Notes under the pieces: model-generated
What the model was told of the DNA's origin: nothing
Database searches by the model: none
The model's input: only the letters and a program-made list of their open reading frames with translations
Shown: in pieces, positions 11,194-21,550 of the stretch
Layout: each line of letters starts with the position of its first letter
Numbering within the stretch: position 1 is the first letter of the stretch
Assembly (NCBI GenBank): GCA_963804995.1
Contig: CAWDSK010000006.1
Span: 1,632,001-1,696,000 of the forward strand
Origin: an uncultured Acidobacteriota bacterium
GTDB lineage: Bacteria; Acidobacteriota; Terriglobia; UBA7540
Direction of reading: 5' to 3'
DNA: 64,000 nt
Translations under genes and position numbers: made by a program

Positions 11194-12546
11194 TTAGTGT
11201 TCTTGAAACGGCCACTCTCTACGTACGCGAGCGCGTGCCATGTAAGCAACCGTACCTACCGCAAACACTCCGAAAGCAAACAGCAGGGAATTCCTGGCAG
11301 CGGTTCCCAGCACGTAAACCCATCCACATAGAGAAATGATTCCGGGCAGCGGATAGAGCCACATGCGGAAGGGACGTGGCAGACCCGGTGCGCGGAATCG
11401 CAACAGGAAAAACCCGATGGTCTGGGGAAGGTATTGGATGAGCACGCGCGTGGCGATGAGGCTGCCGATGACTTCGCTCAAGCGGCCCAGGCTGAAGATG
11501 GCTGCAATCAATCCGAGCGTGATAAGGGAAACGTAGGGAAATCCGCCCTTCGGGTGCAGGCGTGCGAAGGCCGGAAAGAAATTCCCATCGACGGCTGCAG
11601 CGTAAGGAACGCGCGAGTACCCCAGCAGCAACGAAAAGACTGAAGAGAATGCGATCCAGAGCAGCAGCACGGTCATGACCTTACCCGCCGCGGACCCAAA
11701 CAGAGTTTCAACGTAGACCGAAGCAATAAAGCGGCTCTGGATGGCCTCGCGCCAGGGGATGACACTGAGGAACGAAGCGGTCATCATGATGTAAAGCACC
11801 GCTACAGTCAGGATTGAAAACATGATGGCGCGCGGAATGACCCGGCCGGGGTTGCGAATCTCCCCTGCCAAATAGCAGACGTTATAGTAACCAAAGTAAT
11901 CGTAGAGGGCATAAAGCGTGGCGTGCCCCAGCCCCGCCCAAAAAATCCAGTTGAGGTGAAATGCTCCAGGAGGGAAATCGAAGAGGCGCGAGGCGCTGAG
12001 GTGCGGCAGGCCAGAGAGGGCAATCCACAGGCACCCAATGAGCACACCCGTAACCAGCACCACGGAAAGATTCCCGATAGCTCCGATGCGGCGGTAGAGC
12101 AGCCCCACGAGGAGCAATGGAAAAACCGCCGCCACCACTCGCACTTCTCCGGACGTAAGCTGCGGCACGAGGTACTGCAAGTAGTTCGCGAACCCAATAC
12201 TGCCGCTGGCGATGGAGAGGGGGGCAGAAAAAATGATCTGCCACACCATCAGAAATGAAAGCCAGCGGCCCATACGCTGGGGACCATACGCTTCGCGCAG
12301 ATAATTGTAGCTACCGCCTGCCTGGGGCAGCGCGGCGCCAAGTTCCGCCCACACCAGCCCATCGCAAAAGGCCAGAACCGCACCCACCAGCCAGCCGAGC
12401 ATCGCTTGGGGGCCGCCCATGGTGGCAAGGAAAAGTGGGATCGTAATGTAGGGGCCGATTCCCACCATGTCAGTAATGGCGAGGGCCGTGGCCTGAATCA
12501 GACCCAATTCCCGCCGCAGACCCGGATTGGTTGTGGTGTTAGCCAA
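11194..12546 (-). CDS. APC family amino acid permease
   Basis: LRRELGL, AELGAALPQAGGSYNY and about 12 hydrophobic segments; TTG start. Confidence 0.9.
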   Translation of the reverse strand: MANTTTNPGLRRELGLIQATALAITDMVGIGPYITIPLFLATMGGPQAMLGWLVGAVLAFCDGLVWAELGAALPQAGGSYNYLREAYGPQRMGRWLSFLMVWQIIFSAPLSIASGSIGFANYLQYLVPQLTSGEVRVVAAVFPLLLVGLLYRRIGAIGNLSVVLVTGVLIGCLWIALSGLPHLSASRLFDFPPGAFHLNWIFWAGLGHATLYALYDYFGYYNVCYLAGEIRNPGRVIPRAIMFSILTVAVLYIMMTASFLSVIPWREAIQSRFIASVYVETLFGSAAGKVMTVLLLWIAFSSVFSLLLGYSRVPYAAAVDGNFFPAFARLHPKGGFPYVSLITLGLIAAIFSLGRLSEVIGSLIATRVLIQYLPQTIGFFLLRFRAPGLPRPFRMWLYPLPGIISLCGWVYVLGTAARNSLLFAFGVFAVGTVAYMARARVRREWPFQEH

Positions 12547-12733
12547 TTGTCGCCTGCTGAGCGTCGCGTGGCGCTTTCACCCGGTCCGCAATATGCGGAA
12601 GGCTCGCAGAATCACTCAGTTTAATGCTGACCGCTTATTTCACAATGGCAGGATGAAGTCAAGACTGGCGACCATGACTCTATTGCACCCTTACACCCAA
12701 GAAAGGGCAATCGTAACCCCTGCGCAAGGTGGC

Positions 12734-12961
12734 CTATTTCTTTTGAAACGCGTGGAGCAGCTCCGCTTTGACACGCGGAGCGGGACGAACAGGTTTGCAT
12801 GTGAGGCCCAGAATATATACGGTTTCCACCGCTTCGCGTATTCGTGTGAGGCAATGCGGGCACTCGCGCGCCAGGTGCTCGCGGAGCTCGACCGCGCCCT
12901 GGTCAGAGAGCGCGCCAAGCAAAAACAGCTCGTAGAGATCTTCTAAAGGTTGGCAGCCCAT
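12734..12961 (-). CDS. Short zinc-finger (ZAS/zf-HC2) anti-sigma factor
   Basis: HLARECPHC (His/CxxC zinc motif); overlaps the sigma factor stop codon. Confidence 0.75.
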   Translation of the reverse strand: MGCQPLEDLYELFLLGALSDQGAVELREHLARECPHCLTRIREAVETVYILGLTCKPVRPAPRVKAELLHAFQKK

Positions 12962-13677
12962 GTTCCCAATATGGCCCGGCGTCGGTGCTTTACAAAGGTA
13001 ACCGCAGCCCGCAGGCCCGACCGGACTTTACCCAAAGGCTCACCCAGCTCCGCAGCGATTTCGGCTTCTCCCAGGCCTCGGAACACCGCGAATTCCAAAG
13101 CTTGGCGCTGGGATTGCGGCAATTGATTCACAACCTTATGGAGAAGCTCCAAGCGGTCATCAATCACCGCAATCTCCGCCGGTCGTGGCAACCAGGCAGG
13201 AAGGATTTGGATCGTAGCCGCGGCTTTTGTGGGAGGAGCAGCGTTGGTTTTCCCCGGCGGGGTGCGGGGATCAGATAACTTTGACGTGGCCTTTCCGGAG
13301 ATCGCAGCAGAAGCAGAGGTCTTTGCGCCGCGAGGAATCCTCTCAACTCCTTTTCCCGCGCCTGTACTTGCGCTTGGGGCGGCGGCGTGCAACTTGCCAT
13401 GGCGCTGGGAGCGGAGCCTTTCCAGAGCCGCCTGGCGCGAGGTGACCACCAGCCAAGCAGCCACACTGCCACCCGTCCCGGCGAGGTTTCGGCCATCAGT
13501 CCACAGGCGCTCGAACACTTCCCGGAGGATCTCCTCCGCTTCATCCCGAGAAGGAAGAATATGGGTCAGCAGGCCAAAGACTCGCGGCGCGAACCGGTCA
13601 TAGAGCTCGCCGAGCGCGGCCGGGTCGTTCCTGCTAAGGCGTTCCATCAACTCTGCATCGGAAGTTTCTTCAATCAT
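12943..13677 (-). CDS. ECF sigma-70 factor (SigK-like) with a long low-complexity linker
   Basis: Region 2 (LYDRFAPRV...AEEILREVFERLW) and region 4 (LPQSQRQAL...EIAAELGEPLGKVRSGLR). Confidence 0.85.
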   Translation of the reverse strand: MIEETSDAELMERLSRNDPAALGELYDRFAPRVFGLLTHILPSRDEAEEILREVFERLWTDGRNLAGTGGSVAAWLVVTSRQAALERLRSQRHGKLHAAAPSASTGAGKGVERIPRGAKTSASAAISGKATSKLSDPRTPPGKTNAAPPTKAAATIQILPAWLPRPAEIAVIDDRLELLHKVVNQLPQSQRQALEFAVFRGLGEAEIAAELGEPLGKVRSGLRAAVTFVKHRRRAILGTWAANL

Positions 13678-13932
13678 TAGACCATTCAGGCGCGGACAAC
13701 TTCCCCGGACCCCGGCATTAATCCCTTGTACTCATTCCCCATCGGCAACACCTGCGACGAGCAGTTGTCCTCGCCACATGAAGCAGAAGGCCGCAGCTTG
13801 CTCACTAATTGTATCGCAACGTGATTTATCAGGCCGTGAGAATCTCGGAGACGCCTTCCCGTCCGATTCCCTGATAGTACCCATAAACATAATCGATTGG
13901 ACTTCCGGGCGCCCTGGGCCTAGAAATATAAG

Positions 13933-14070
13933 CTGTCCCGCTGGAGTATTGGGTCCGCGTCGAGTAGACCTTGCCCCCAGGGCTTCGCGACGCGGGCCAG
14001 TGCGGGACGTTTTCCTCCTCTATCTACCTTTAAGGCCCTCAACGGCGCACTGCCGAGGGCCTTTTCTTTT
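13933..14070 (+). ncRNA. Candidate small RNA
   Basis: TGGACT-17-TAGAAA promoter at 13898-13926, long hairpin 13935-14008, CU-rich linker, terminator 14032-14070. Confidence 0.4.
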
Positions 14071-14148
14071 GAGGAGGGTGATCCGTTCGAACCTCAAGGC
14101 AATTTCCGCCATCTATAGACCTACCGCATCATCGAAAACCCCGGGAAA

Positions 14149-15501
14149 CTAAACGCGAACGCTTTTGGAGGCTCCATCCCACACGGCGATGTTCTTCTTG
14201 AAGTACGAGGCGTTGGCCATGTGGCAGGCGATGGCCGTGCTGTTTCCGAAGACGGCATCCTCGACGACGGGCTTGCGCGTCCGCACCGCGTCAAAAAAGT
14301 TCCGCAGATGTGGCTTGCCGTCGTCGTAACCCGCGGTAGAGCGATAAGTGACCGTTTCGTCACTGAGCTTGGCCAGTCTTGCGTCGTTCTCAATGTGCCA
14401 TTGCTTTTCGTACTCTTCCCGGAGGGTTTTCGGGAAGCTGCGGACGTTCCAACCCGGGGAATGAGCGGTTCCATCTTGCGACGTGAAGGTCAGTTCCGTA
14501 CTCCGAACCTCCAGGGCCCCGTGGGTCCCCAAAAATCGGGTGACCTCCGGCGTGTCGCAAGCAAGAGTAAGCCGGATGAGGACGGGAAACTTCGGATAGT
14601 CGTACAGCACGCAATGCACGTCCGGAACGTCGCGCCCATCTCGAAAATGGAACAATCCACCGGTCGCCAGGGCCCGCTGGGGAGGCTGATTGATTTCGCC
14701 GGCAAAGTGGATGCCGCTCAGCAGGTGAACCATCAGATCCCCCGCCACGCCTGACCCGTAGGCTTGCCAGCAACGCCAACGCACATAATGCAGGGGATTG
14801 AACGGGACCTTGGGGGCGGTGCCGAGCCAGGTGTCCCAATCCAACGTCTGCGGCGAGAGGTCCTGCGGGTAGGGATACACCCAGGCGCCGCCCGGTTCAT
14901 TGCGGCCCATCATGGATTCCACCGTATAGACCTCGCCGATCGCCCCGCTGTCAATCAGTTCCTTGGCCTTCCCGAAGATGACGGAACTGACGCGCTGGCT
15001 TCCCACTTGAACGATGCGGCCGTTTTTTTGCGCGGCCGCGATGATGTCGAAGCCCTCGCCCGGGGTGTGGGTCATGGGCTTTTCACAATAGACGTCCTTG
15101 CCGGCGTTGCAGCAATCCACCACGATCTGCCGGTGCCAATGGTCAGGAGTGGCATTGATGATGGCATCGATTTCCTTGTTATCCAACAAGTCCTGGTAGC
15201 GGCGCGTGGTGGGAATCGGTTTGCCGACGATTTCCTTGGCCACGTCGTGCCGGCCGTCATAGAGGTCGCAAGCCGCTACGCACTCAACGCCGGGCAGGGA
15301 TATCGCGTTGCGCAGCAGACCTGAACCCTGCATACCGATGCCGATGATGCCGAAGCGCACGGTGTCGCTGGGTGGAACAGGCGCATCCGCAGCGTAGGAT
15401 GTGCCAGGATCGAGCAGGATGGTTCTGGCCGCGAGCGTGGCTCCCGCTGCGCCGGCCGATCGCCGCATGAAATCACGGCGTGAGAATTTTTCGCGGGTCA
15501 T
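14149..15501 (-). CDS. TAT-exported Gfo/Idh/MocA oxidoreductase
   Basis: SRRDFM twin-arginine motif, ATPDHWH and DVYCEKPM. Confidence 0.9.
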   Translation of the reverse strand: MTREKFSRRDFMRRSAGAAGATLAARTILLDPGTSYAADAPVPPSDTVRFGIIGIGMQGSGLLRNAISLPGVECVAACDLYDGRHDVAKEIVGKPIPTTRRYQDLLDNKEIDAIINATPDHWHRQIVVDCCNAGKDVYCEKPMTHTPGEGFDIIAAAQKNGRIVQVGSQRVSSVIFGKAKELIDSGAIGEVYTVESMMGRNEPGGAWVYPYPQDLSPQTLDWDTWLGTAPKVPFNPLHYVRWRCWQAYGSGVAGDLMVHLLSGIHFAGEINQPPQRALATGGLFHFRDGRDVPDVHCVLYDYPKFPVLIRLTLACDTPEVTRFLGTHGALEVRSTELTFTSQDGTAHSPGWNVRSFPKTLREEYEKQWHIENDARLAKLSDETVTYRSTAGYDDGKPHLRNFFDAVRTRKPVVEDAVFGNSTAIACHMANASYFKKNIAVWDGASKSVRV

Positions 15502-15687
15502 AAGTAATGCCTCCAAAAAAGAGAGAATGAGGACGGACGGCAATCCTAATCCTCAAGGGCAGGAAGAGCAAGGGAGAAGCGGGGAGTGGATCCGGGTTCT
15601 ACGCCGTCCGTGGGCGACTTTGCGCTTTGACTTTCCTTTGCGGCCCCGACGGGATGCACTACGTGCTCATCAATTTGCTCCAGACAG

Positions 15688-15820
15688 ACCCCTCACCCGC
15701 CTGCGGGCCGAAGCTGAAGTCGTTTACTGCTCCCAGGTGCCCCTCCGGTGGGCGTAGGCCCGTCCCGCCCCGGCTGGTGAAAACGCCGGCGGCGGTCCAC
15801 CCTCTCCCCTCGGAGAGGGC
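15688..15820 (+). repeat. REP-like palindromic element (CCCTCACCC...CCTCTCCC-GGAGAGGG family), copy 1, with an internal hairpin insert
   Basis: Near-identical to copies at 18635, 31157 and 36565 apart from a ~60 bp insert. Confidence 0.8.
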
Positions 15821-15888
15821 CATGAATTCAAGCTCCCCTCTCATTCGAATAAATACAAAGAACCGATGGAACGATGCACCAGCAGGTT

Positions 15889-17256
15889 CTAGGCCCCCTG
15901 AATCCTGTGCGCGCCCTCATTCCACACGGCGATGGTCTTGTTGAAGTAAGAGTAATTCGCCATGTGGCAAGCGATGGCTGTGTGGTTGCCGAACACTGCA
16001 TCTTCCACGGGCAGCCGCCGCGAGCGCACCGATTCCATAAAATTGTTCAGATGATCGACGTGGTAATTGTAGCTGTGCGGGGCCTGGAAGAACTCAGCGG
16101 ATTCGGTTACCGTAGACATCCCCGGCAACGCCGCAGGGTGATCCTTGCGCCATTGTTCCAGATATTCTCTCCGCAGGTTGAGCGGCCACCCCAGAATCGA
16201 ATAGCCTTCGGGCGTCGGTTCGGTGTTCTGCGGCGTAAAGGAGAGCACGTCGTCTTTGATCTCCAACGTCCCTTTGGTGCCACAGAAGCGGGTCACGGCA
16301 GGCGATTCATTATTCAGGTTGCAGCGCAGCGACAGACGAAAGCTGGGATAGTCGAAAAGCGTCCAGATCAGGTCCGGGACGTCCCGGTTCTCAGTCCAGC
16401 GGAAGATGCCCCCGGTGCTGGCGGCGCGCAGCGGAGGCGCATTGGTCCCGGTGATGAAGTGCACACCCGTCAGCATGTGAACGAAAAGGTCCCCGGGCAA
16501 TCCCTCACCGTAATCCCGGAAGCAGCGCCAGCGGAAGAAACGGATGGGATCGTAAGGCCGCTTGGGGGCATCCCCCAGGAACCTGTCCCAATCGATGGTT
16601 TTCTCGCTGGCGTCGGGTGGAATGGGGTAGACCCACGCCCCGCTGGCATCATTGCGGTCGATACAAGCTTCAACCGCGGTCACCTGCCCCAGCGCGCCGC
16701 TCTCATATATCTGTTTGGCCTTGGCAAAGACGATCGAACTGCAATACTGGCTGCCCACCATAACCATGCGATGGGTCTTCTGCATGGCCTCCACCATCGC
16801 GAAGCCATTCTCCACGGTGTGCGACATGGGCTTTTCGCAGTAAACGTCCTTCCCCGCGGCACACGCATCCTGAGTAATCTTGGCATGCCAGTGGTCGGGC
16901 GTGGCCACCATAACGGCATCCACGTCATTGCGATCCAGAATGGCGCGGTAATCCTTGGTAGTGAAGATCTCTTTCTTCGCATACTCCTGGGCGGCGGTCA
17001 GGCGGCCATCGTACAGGTCGCACGCCGCCACCACCTCCGTATTGGGGCAGGCGAGCGCGGCCTGCATCACGGTGCAACCCTCCACGCCCGTGCCGATGGA
17101 CGCGAAGCGCACACGGTCACTGGCCGCAGCCGGGCGCGGCGCAGCTTGGAGCGCGAGCCCGGGAGTCAACAGATTGACTTTCCCCACAGCACCCATACCG
17201 GCGATTCCGGCAGTCGTACGCATAAAATCTCAACGGGTTAAATTATCGTCACGCAT
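15889..17256 (-). CDS. TAT-exported Gfo/Idh/MocA oxidoreductase; in-frame TGA at 17230-17232 inside the RR motif
   Basis: AGGAGG SD, then MRDDNLTR*DFMR (expected TRRDFM); paralog of the adjacent gene. Confidence 0.85.
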
Positions 17257-17519
17257 AACAGGATGACCTCCTTTAAAGGACCTGCACAGTCTGCCAGAAA
17301 TACCGGCGCGGTGAAAGGATTACCTGTGGGCATGAGACCAGAGGCCGTTGGAGAGAGTTCTCTCAACCGTGCGTCGCGACAGATGATATTGCAATATGGC
17401 TGTTCGCCAGGTTTTTCTGGGGGGAGAGGCTTCAATTCGTAAAAGCAACAGTTTTCAGGACGGCGGGCATCAAAGTAATAGACGGGCGCTTCAATCTAAC
17501 GCAAGTGTGGAGGGAACGA

Positions 17520-17744
17520 GTGGTGCTGTTTCAGCTAGTAAGGTGTTGTCCGAAGTGCCAAAGCAAGGAGGTACGCAGATCACACCGGAGGGGGGTTCTT
17601 GAACATGCCCTTCTTCCTATTCTCCTGTTGCGCCCCTTCCGTTGCGAAGTATGTGATTTTCGATACATCGGGCCGTTCTTTGCCAGGCGGGCGAAGGCAG
17701 AGGAATCTCCGCAGGGCTTTCCCGGCAATCTAGTTCAACTCTGA
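17520..17744 (+). CDS. Small zinc-ribbon protein
   Basis: CPKCQS...RRSHRRG...RPFRCEVCDFRY, two CxxC pairs. Confidence 0.6.
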   Translation: MVLFQLVRCCPKCQSKEVRRSHRRGVLEHALLPILLLRPFRCEVCDFRYIGPFFARRAKAEESPQGFPGNLVQL

Positions 17745-17947
17745 CAGCCCCGACAGGAGTTGTGGGAGTAGCGCCGAATGGCATTCGGCGCGGCAAGTGT
17801 AGCGCCCCGAGGCATCGGGGTGGTTCTACCTGTGCCATTTGAGCGAACGTACCGTCGTGAAGAAGCAGGCGTGGCACGGCCACCCGAATTTGAGGTTTGT
17901 GGTTTTTCCAAATGAAGAGCCGCGGACCCCAAAAACGGGGGTCCGCG

Positions 17948-18430
17948 CTACGGTCGCTGTTCCGCAAGTTTACGGAGGGCATCGCCCGCCACCCGCATGG
18001 TGAGCCACTCCTTCATCACTTTCGCACCCAGCGATTCGTAAAACTCAATGGCTGGCGTGTTCCAGTCGAGCACCTGCCACTGATAGCGCCCGCAACCTTT
18101 CTCGGCCGCCAGCCTCGCCAGGTGTACAAGCAGCGCCTTGCCAATCCCTTTCTTCCGATACTGCGGCCGCACGAACAGGTCTTCCAGATAGAGTCCCGCC
18201 TTCCCCTGCCACGTGGAATAGTTGAAGAACCACAACGCAAAGCCCGCCGGCTGGCCGTCCCACTCAGCAATCTCCACGTAAAAGCGTGGCTCTCCGGAAA
18301 ACCCATCGCGCCTTAGATCCGCCGGTGTCGCCACGGCTGCTTCGGGCGCGCGCTCGTACTCGGCCAGCTCGCGGATAAATTCCAGGATCAGGGGAATATC
18401 GTCAGGGGTTGCTTTGCGGATGTTCAGCAT
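17948..18430 (-). CDS. GNAT acetyltransferase (SSAT-like)
   Basis: LYLEDLFVRPQYRKKGIGK and WQVLDWNTPAIEFY. Confidence 0.93.
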   Translation of the reverse strand: MLNIRKATPDDIPLILEFIRELAEYERAPEAAVATPADLRRDGFSGEPRFYVEIAEWDGQPAGFALWFFNYSTWQGKAGLYLEDLFVRPQYRKKGIGKALLVHLARLAAEKGCGRYQWQVLDWNTPAIEFYESLGAKVMKEWLTMRVAGDALRKLAEQRP

Positions 18431-18634
18431 GCCGCCATTGTAACCTAGCACGCGTAGACCTGTTCAGGAGGTCTGCGGTTGTGGCACAGCCACTCCTGGC
18501 TGTGTCGGTTGGCTCGAACCTCACGCCGCATTCACAGGCAGGAGTGCCTGTGCTACCGAGGGGGGCGCACACGTATCGCATTTTGGCATGTATGCGAGCA
18601 CAACATTCGGTCCATACGCATCGGTTGGGAAGAA

Positions 18635-18704
18635 ACCCCTCACCCGGCCCGCCCCGGCTGATGAGAACGCCGGCTGCGGTCCACCCTCTCCCCCCGGAGA
18701 GGGC
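18635..18704 (+). repeat. REP-like palindromic element, copy 2
   Basis: acccctcacccggcccgccccggctgatgagaacgccggctgcggtccaccctctccccccggagagggc. Confidence 0.8.
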
Positions 18705-18742
18705 TATGGATTCAAATCAGCGTTCCTATCTCATCGGTGGGC

Positions 18743-20110
18743 TTAATCCACTGGGGCAAGCTTCAAGACAAATGCCTCGGAGGTTTGCATCTCCTGGCTG
18801 GTCAGGACAGGCAATTCGATGTGCAGCCTTCCGCCCTCGCTGCGCCACTTGAGCGGCGTATCGGCGCCCAGCAACGTAATCATGGTCCGGGGAGTGGTTT
18901 TAGGCGCGGTGAGGACCAGTTCGTGCCCCGGCCACGACTTGGCAAGTGCGTAGACCACGCCGCCTTTCGTCGTATAGCGCACGTCGCCGTCCGTGGTCTC
19001 ACGCCAGGGGTGAGTGCCGTAGATGGCTTCGCCATTCACCTTAAGCCACGCGCCCAGGGCCAGCAGCCGTTGCTGCATGATGACCGGGACCAGTCCATCC
19101 GCCGTGGGACCGATATCCAGCAGCAGGTTGCCGCCGCTTGCCACGGTATCAATCAAGAGATCAACCAGCGTCTTCGGAGTCTTGTAGTCGTCGGCTGTTT
19201 CAACGCGGTTGTAGCCGAAGGATTTCCCAATGCCCTGGCATTCCTCCCACTTGTGCTGAGGTCCCAGCGTGACCCCCTTCTTCACAAAGGAGGCATATTC
19301 GGAAGTGAAGTATCCGCCGTCGGTTGAGCGCGTCTCCTCGCCCCAGCGGTCGTTTACAGCGATTGTATCCTTCACGGATGATTCGTTGTAGAGCCATGCC
19401 AGGAATTCCGTGGAGTGCCAGAAGGAACTGGGATGATCCCACTCACCGTCAGTCCACAGGAGCGAGGGCTTGTAGCGCTCCACCAAATCTTTCATCTGCG
19501 GAATCATGTGTTCAGTTACATAGCGCTCAGACTGGTTATGGTAGTCTGGGTTATACCATTCATAGAGTGAGTAGTAGAATCCCATCTTGAGCCCGCGCGC
19601 GACCCCCGCTTTCACAAGGTCTCCCGCCAGATCGCGGTGCGGACCTACATCCACAGAGTTCCAGTTCCAGCTTGCCGGACACGGCCAAAGGCAGAACCCC
19701 TCATGGTGCTTGGAGGTCAAGACCACGTAACGCGCCCCCGCGCGCTCAAAAAGTTCCACCCATTGGTCAGGGTCATAAAGCTGCGCTTTGAAGTCGGGGG
19801 CAAAGTCCTGATATTGGAAATTCGCGCCATAGTTGCGGAGGTGAAAGGCCCAGGTGGGACTCTGCTTGTCCTCCAGGTGTTGCCAGTACCACTCGGCGTA
19901 AGCCTGGCCTCCGTTGGAATGCGGGTCGGCATAGGCCGGCACGGAGTACACACCCCAATGGATAAAGATTCCGAACTTGGCTTCGTCAAACCAGGAGGGA
20001 GTGGCTCGCTGGTTGAGTGATTCCCAGGTGGGTTGGTAATGCGTCGTCTGTGCCCATACCCCAAGCGGCGCCAGAAGGAGGAGTGCAAGAAAAATTGTTC
20101 GTCGTTTCAT
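18743..20110 (-). CDS. Alpha-L-fucosidase (GH29), secreted
   Basis: KFGIFIHWGVYSVP, TSKHHEGF, LWTDG and GGNLLLDIGP. Confidence 0.95.
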   Translation of the reverse strand: MKRRTIFLALLLLAPLGVWAQTTHYQPTWESLNQRATPSWFDEAKFGIFIHWGVYSVPAYADPHSNGGQAYAEWYWQHLEDKQSPTWAFHLRNYGANFQYQDFAPDFKAQLYDPDQWVELFERAGARYVVLTSKHHEGFCLWPCPASWNWNSVDVGPHRDLAGDLVKAGVARGLKMGFYYSLYEWYNPDYHNQSERYVTEHMIPQMKDLVERYKPSLLWTDGEWDHPSSFWHSTEFLAWLYNESSVKDTIAVNDRWGEETRSTDGGYFTSEYASFVKKGVTLGPQHKWEECQGIGKSFGYNRVETADDYKTPKTLVDLLIDTVASGGNLLLDIGPTADGLVPVIMQQRLLALGAWLKVNGEAIYGTHPWRETTDGDVRYTTKGGVVYALAKSWPGHELVLTAPKTTPRTMITLLGADTPLKWRSEGGRLHIELPVLTSQEMQTSEAFVLKLAPVD

Positions 20111-20233
20111 GCAGCGGATTGTAGCACCGGTGCAGGCGCTCGGGCAGAGAGATTCAACTCACACGCCGCCGACAATCCATTGACATCTCGAACCCATTGC
20201 GCTTAAATGGCGCCGCAACTGAGGAGGCTACAC

Positions 20234-21103
20234 ATGCTGACACGAAGGGATTTCGTGGGAAAGATTTTAGGAGGAACTGCGGCAGGCGTCGCGGCGGCGC
20301 ATTTGTCGGCGGCGGAGCGACCCGCCTGGACGGGGCCCATTGGCCTGGAACTCTACACGGTCCGTCATCTGTTTGCCAAGGACCCGGCCGGAACCCTGAA
20401 GCAAGTCGCCGCTGCGGGTTACAAGGAAATCGAAACCGGGCCGGGATTGAAGGCGGAGGAGTTGGTCAAGGACCTGCGCGCCGCCGGGCTCACCGCTCCC
20501 AGTGGCTACTTTGATTCGCCCAAAACCGTTGACGAGTGGAAGAAGACTCTCAACCTGGCCCACGCCTATGGCATGCACTTCGTGGTCGTGGGAGATAATC
20601 CCAAGCTGGATGCCGAGGCCTGGGAGCGCCGGACCGACCTGTACAATCAATGCGGAAAGCTGGCCCAGGACGCGGGGATGCAGTTCTGCTATCACGCGCA
20701 TTTTCGTGAGTTCGCGCGCACTGACAATACCTGCGGCTATGACCTGATGCTCACGCGTTGCGAGGCGCGGCTGCTGAAGATGGAAATGGACGTTTTCTGG
20801 GGCGTCTACGCGGGCATCGATCCGGTGTCGTACTTCGAGCGCTATCCCGGGCGCTTCCCGCTGCTCCATATCAAGGACCTGAAGAAAGGCTTTAAGGGCA
20901 GCACCACGGACTCGCCTTCCGACGCCGGCCCCAACCCGTTCTTCCCCGTCGGCCAGGGCAGCATCGATTGGAAGAAAATCTTTGCCCACGCGGGGCAAGC
21001 GGGCACGCAGCATATCTTCGTCGAACAGGACCGCTGCGACGTGCCGCCCCTCGAGGCTATAAAGATCAGCTATGATTTCCTGAAGAACTTGCGCTTGAGT
21101 TGA
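20234..21103 (+). CDS. TAT-exported sugar phosphate isomerase/epimerase
   Basis: TRRDFV, LELYTVR, MEMDVFW, LHIKD and VEQD. Confidence 0.88.
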   Translation: MLTRRDFVGKILGGTAAGVAAAHLSAAERPAWTGPIGLELYTVRHLFAKDPAGTLKQVAAAGYKEIETGPGLKAEELVKDLRAAGLTAPSGYFDSPKTVDEWKKTLNLAHAYGMHFVVVGDNPKLDAEAWERRTDLYNQCGKLAQDAGMQFCYHAHFREFARTDNTCGYDLMLTRCEARLLKMEMDVFWGVYAGIDPVSYFERYPGRFPLLHIKDLKKGFKGSTTDSPSDAGPNPFFPVGQGSIDWKKIFAHAGQAGTQHIFVEQDRCDVPPLEAIKISYDFLKNLRLS

Positions 21104-21550
21104 GCCGACGCGAGGGGCCTCCCCACGCCGGCGTCGTTTCGCGCCTTGCCCAACTACGGTCAAGCCATCGCCATTTCCCTCGGATTGGTGCGCGCCACTT
21201 TAATCGCCCTCAATCCCCCAGCCAGGAGCGACGAGGGCCCACAGGGACAAGTTGCCCGAATTTATCCTTGCAAATTGCCGCTTCGGGAGCGACCATAGGG
21301 CTTTCCTCGAAAAAATTTCTAAGGGGGGCGCCCCTTGTGGCTCAAGTCGGAGGGTCGCCAAACGACGTGAGAATGTGTCCCACTTGTACACGCACGCGGG
21401 GCGTAGCGGGCCTTGTCCCACATATAATGAAGGCTCTGGGACATTTTCAGGCAACTAAAATGGGACGACTCGACGGTCAAATGACGGAAGATTCTGACGG
21501 GATTGTGGAGAAGAAGATCCTGGATCTGACCGGAGGAGGTTGGAGATTAT

